In this document: piece by piece, positions 18,619 through 20,908 of the stretch
Numbering within the stretch: the first letter of the stretch is position 1
How the letters are laid out: each line of letters begins with the position of its first letter
Source of the DNA: Geosiphon pyriformis uo1
Taxonomy: Eukaryota > Fungi > Glomeromycota
Reading direction: 5' to 3'
Length of the DNA stretch: 20,908 nucleotides
Assembly (NCBI GenBank): GCA_016748015.1
Contig: JAAOMT010000451.1
Coordinates: forward strand, 5,586 to 26,493
The notes under the pieces: model-generated
Told to the model about the DNA's origin: nothing
The model's database searches: none
What the model saw: the letters and a program-made list of their open reading frames with translations, nothing else
Made by a program: the position numbers and the translations under genes

Positions 18619-20650
18619 ATGGCCTTAAGACTTTCAGATAAGTGCAAGCTGAGAATTCTTTAGCAAATTTGGTGATTTTTGGCAATTTAAAAAGCATTCT
18701 TGGCAAGTTGTTCAAGCATTGAGCCATGGATTTGCAGACTATTAGCTGGATGTCTTAACAATCTCTCAATTTTCTGATTTCATTGTCAATCAACTTCTTG
18801 AATTGCTTCCTAGCTAGTGTTATCAACACTTTGGCTTTGTGCAAATTTTTTTTGAGTGGTTTTCTGTCTAATGTTTTTTACACTGGTGGTAATGTTGCTG
18901 TTGTTGATGTTTTAGGCTTGGATTAATATCTGAGTGTGATGGACTCACTCAAGAGATTTGGTTTGGTCTTCACTAACCAGCTTTTGAATCATCATGGCAA
19001 GTGTTTTACTTGAAAAAGCTTTCACAGATAGAAGAGACTAAATCCCAGAGGGTTCATTCCTAATTGGTACAGTTTGCTTGTCAATTTCATTGAAAATGGT
19101 GGCTTGGTCTATGATTGTGCTTTTGCTTTCAGTCCTGTTCTCAGTTACTGTTTGGACAAAGTTAATTCTGTTGGTAGATGTTTTTTAGAGTGCAGATTAG
19201 GCCACTTTGTTGTTTATACTAATGATTTAATCAAGGATTTTAATACTGTAAATGCTTATGGTAGTGCTACTGCATACTTTTCAAACATAGACAAAGGTGT
19301 TAGAGTTGAAGTGTGTGGTCTGCTTTCTTTAATTTTAATGGAATTGCAGGCTATTACTTTTACTTTGGATTGTGTGCTAGTGTTCAGCTTGGTAATTTTG
19401 TATATGGATAGTCAAGCTTTTTTGAATTATGCTTTGTTTGGGAGTAATACAGATTTTGATTTTCATAAAAAATATTGGTTGGAGAAAGAGTGTATCTATT
19501 AAATAATTATATCTAAGAATTTGTTAATTAGTTAGAACAAGATCAAGAGTTATTCTGGAGTTGTTGACAATAAGCATGCTGATTTTCTGGCTGATACTAC
19601 CACCAAATCCAATTTTGCACTGCTTGTAGATATGTCATGCTATTTTTTGACCATTAAAAACATACTTGTTTCCAAAAATGTTTGTTATTTTGTTAGGTGT
19701 CTTTTTGATGCTATAAGTTTTGTTGGTTGAAAGTCCAAATGCACTGGGTGTTTTGTGAATAGTAGTCTGTATGATAAGTTTGATATGGATTAAATTTTTA
19801 GTGTATGACATCTCGATAGTAAGTGTCATTCCAAATTTACTAGCTTTGCTTCTGTGGCACTTAGATTTTACTTTATAAAAGTCTTGCATTGCCAATTATC
19901 TGTTGCCAAAAAAAAGAGACTGTATAATTCAAAATATCCCAGTGTTCTGTATATTTACTGTGGTTTGGTCAAAAACTCTAACCACACATTTTTCTATATT
20001 TATGATGCACATGTTAGAAGAGATCTCATTAATAAGACTATTGATTATTAGAATGATCTGCTAGATGCCTGTGCTACTAAGAATATAGTAATAGGTTTTT
20101 TGTATAAGACTGAGTTTTCTAATTGGTTGTACATATCTTTAGCCAAAGATTTTGTAATGAGTGAGTAAGTAACTGACACTGCTCATTTGTTGGGTGGTAG
20201 TTCCAATGGTGCATCTCTGATTATTAATTTGATTTAGAGTTTTACTAAGGGTCACAAATCCACTATGTGGCTGCTAACTGCCAAGTTGAAAACACATTAT
20301 AAGAAACTGGGTCTCCTACCACATGATAAATCTGCAGTGTCAATAGTGTCTGGTCTAGTTTTTTTGTGGTCTCTTAGTAAAATTTTTGATTTTGATATTA
20401 GGTTTGATATCTATGTTTGTTTTGGTTTGCATTCCCATCTATTTAGTATAAGTTTTAATATCTTGTGTAACTTCTCTGTTGTAATTAATTTTGGTGTTTA
20501 GTGTTGCCTTAATTGGTTCAAGTGGCTAGTTACATGTAAAAAATGCATGAGCCATACTTATTATAAAAACTTGTATGATCCTATAGCTTTAAGTAATAGT
20601 TGGGCTATACTCATTAAATACTTAATAAAAAAAAAATAAAAAAATAAAAT
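18619..20650 (+). mobile_element. 3' part of a heavily degraded non-LTR (LINE-like) retrotransposon: ORF2 C-terminal region, 3' UTR and poly(A) tail
   Basis: Decayed RNase H (VYTND from YTDG; MELQAI; LYMDSQA; KIKSYSGVVDNKHADFLA from KVKGHSG..GNE.AD) at ~19209-19595; decayed CCHC finger (YIYCGLVKNSNHTFFY) at ~19944-19997; ORF ends at 20501; AATAAA plus A-run at ~20624-20650. Confidence 0.8.
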
Positions 20651-20908
20651 AACTATCAATTTATTTTTATTGTTTTTATAATATTTAAAAGTTTTTTGTA
20701 TTAGATATTATAATTATTAAATGGTTTATTATAGAAAAAATTAAAGTTTATAAATTGACTTAACTATAATTTAATTTTATTATTAGCTTTTTTTTTCCAT
20801 AATATATTAATATAATTTTATTATTTTTGTTTTATAATCTATTTTTTTGAAATTTTTTACAAATTATAAACTTTTAAAAAAAATTTATTAATTAAATATT
20901 AGTTTAAT
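20651..20908. other. Extremely AT-rich low-complexity intergenic DNA
   Basis: Almost no G or C, homopolymer runs, no ORF. Confidence 0.7.

Overview
AT-rich eukaryotic DNA made almost entirely of three nested, decayed retroelements. The composition and protein style suggest an early-diverging fungus such as Glomeromycotina, which is inference only. (1) Element A is a complete 9,898-bp Ty3/Gypsy LTR retrotransposon (+, 2139-12036) with 982-bp LTRs, TGTTACCA...TGGTAACA ends, a PBS, a PPT and a 4-bp TSD. (2) A is inserted antisense into the end of the RNase H region of element B, a related but diverged Ty3/Gypsy (-, 5' LTR 17653-18618, continuing past position 1). (3) B is inserted into the ORF2 of a degraded non-LTR (LINE-like) element with RNase H, a CCHC finger and a poly(A) tail (+, 18619-~20650). 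Comparing A with B reconstructs an unusual three-ORF layout. ORF1 is N-terminal extension-Gag-Q/N-rich linker-protease-unknown multi-CxxC domain-dUTPase-dUTPase-like linker-RT-RNase H, ending in a stop. ORF2 is integrase with its own ATG. ORF3 is an unknown ~239-codon non-env gene that runs through the PPT into the LTR. The LTRs carry a 20-21-bp-phased TTCG-N-CGAA palindrome array and twin bulged hairpins with a compensatory base change. All copies show heavy C>T/G>A mutation; a hand count gives about 70 of 72 differences between A's LTRs as transitions. No intact host gene, RNA gene or CRISPR array is seen.
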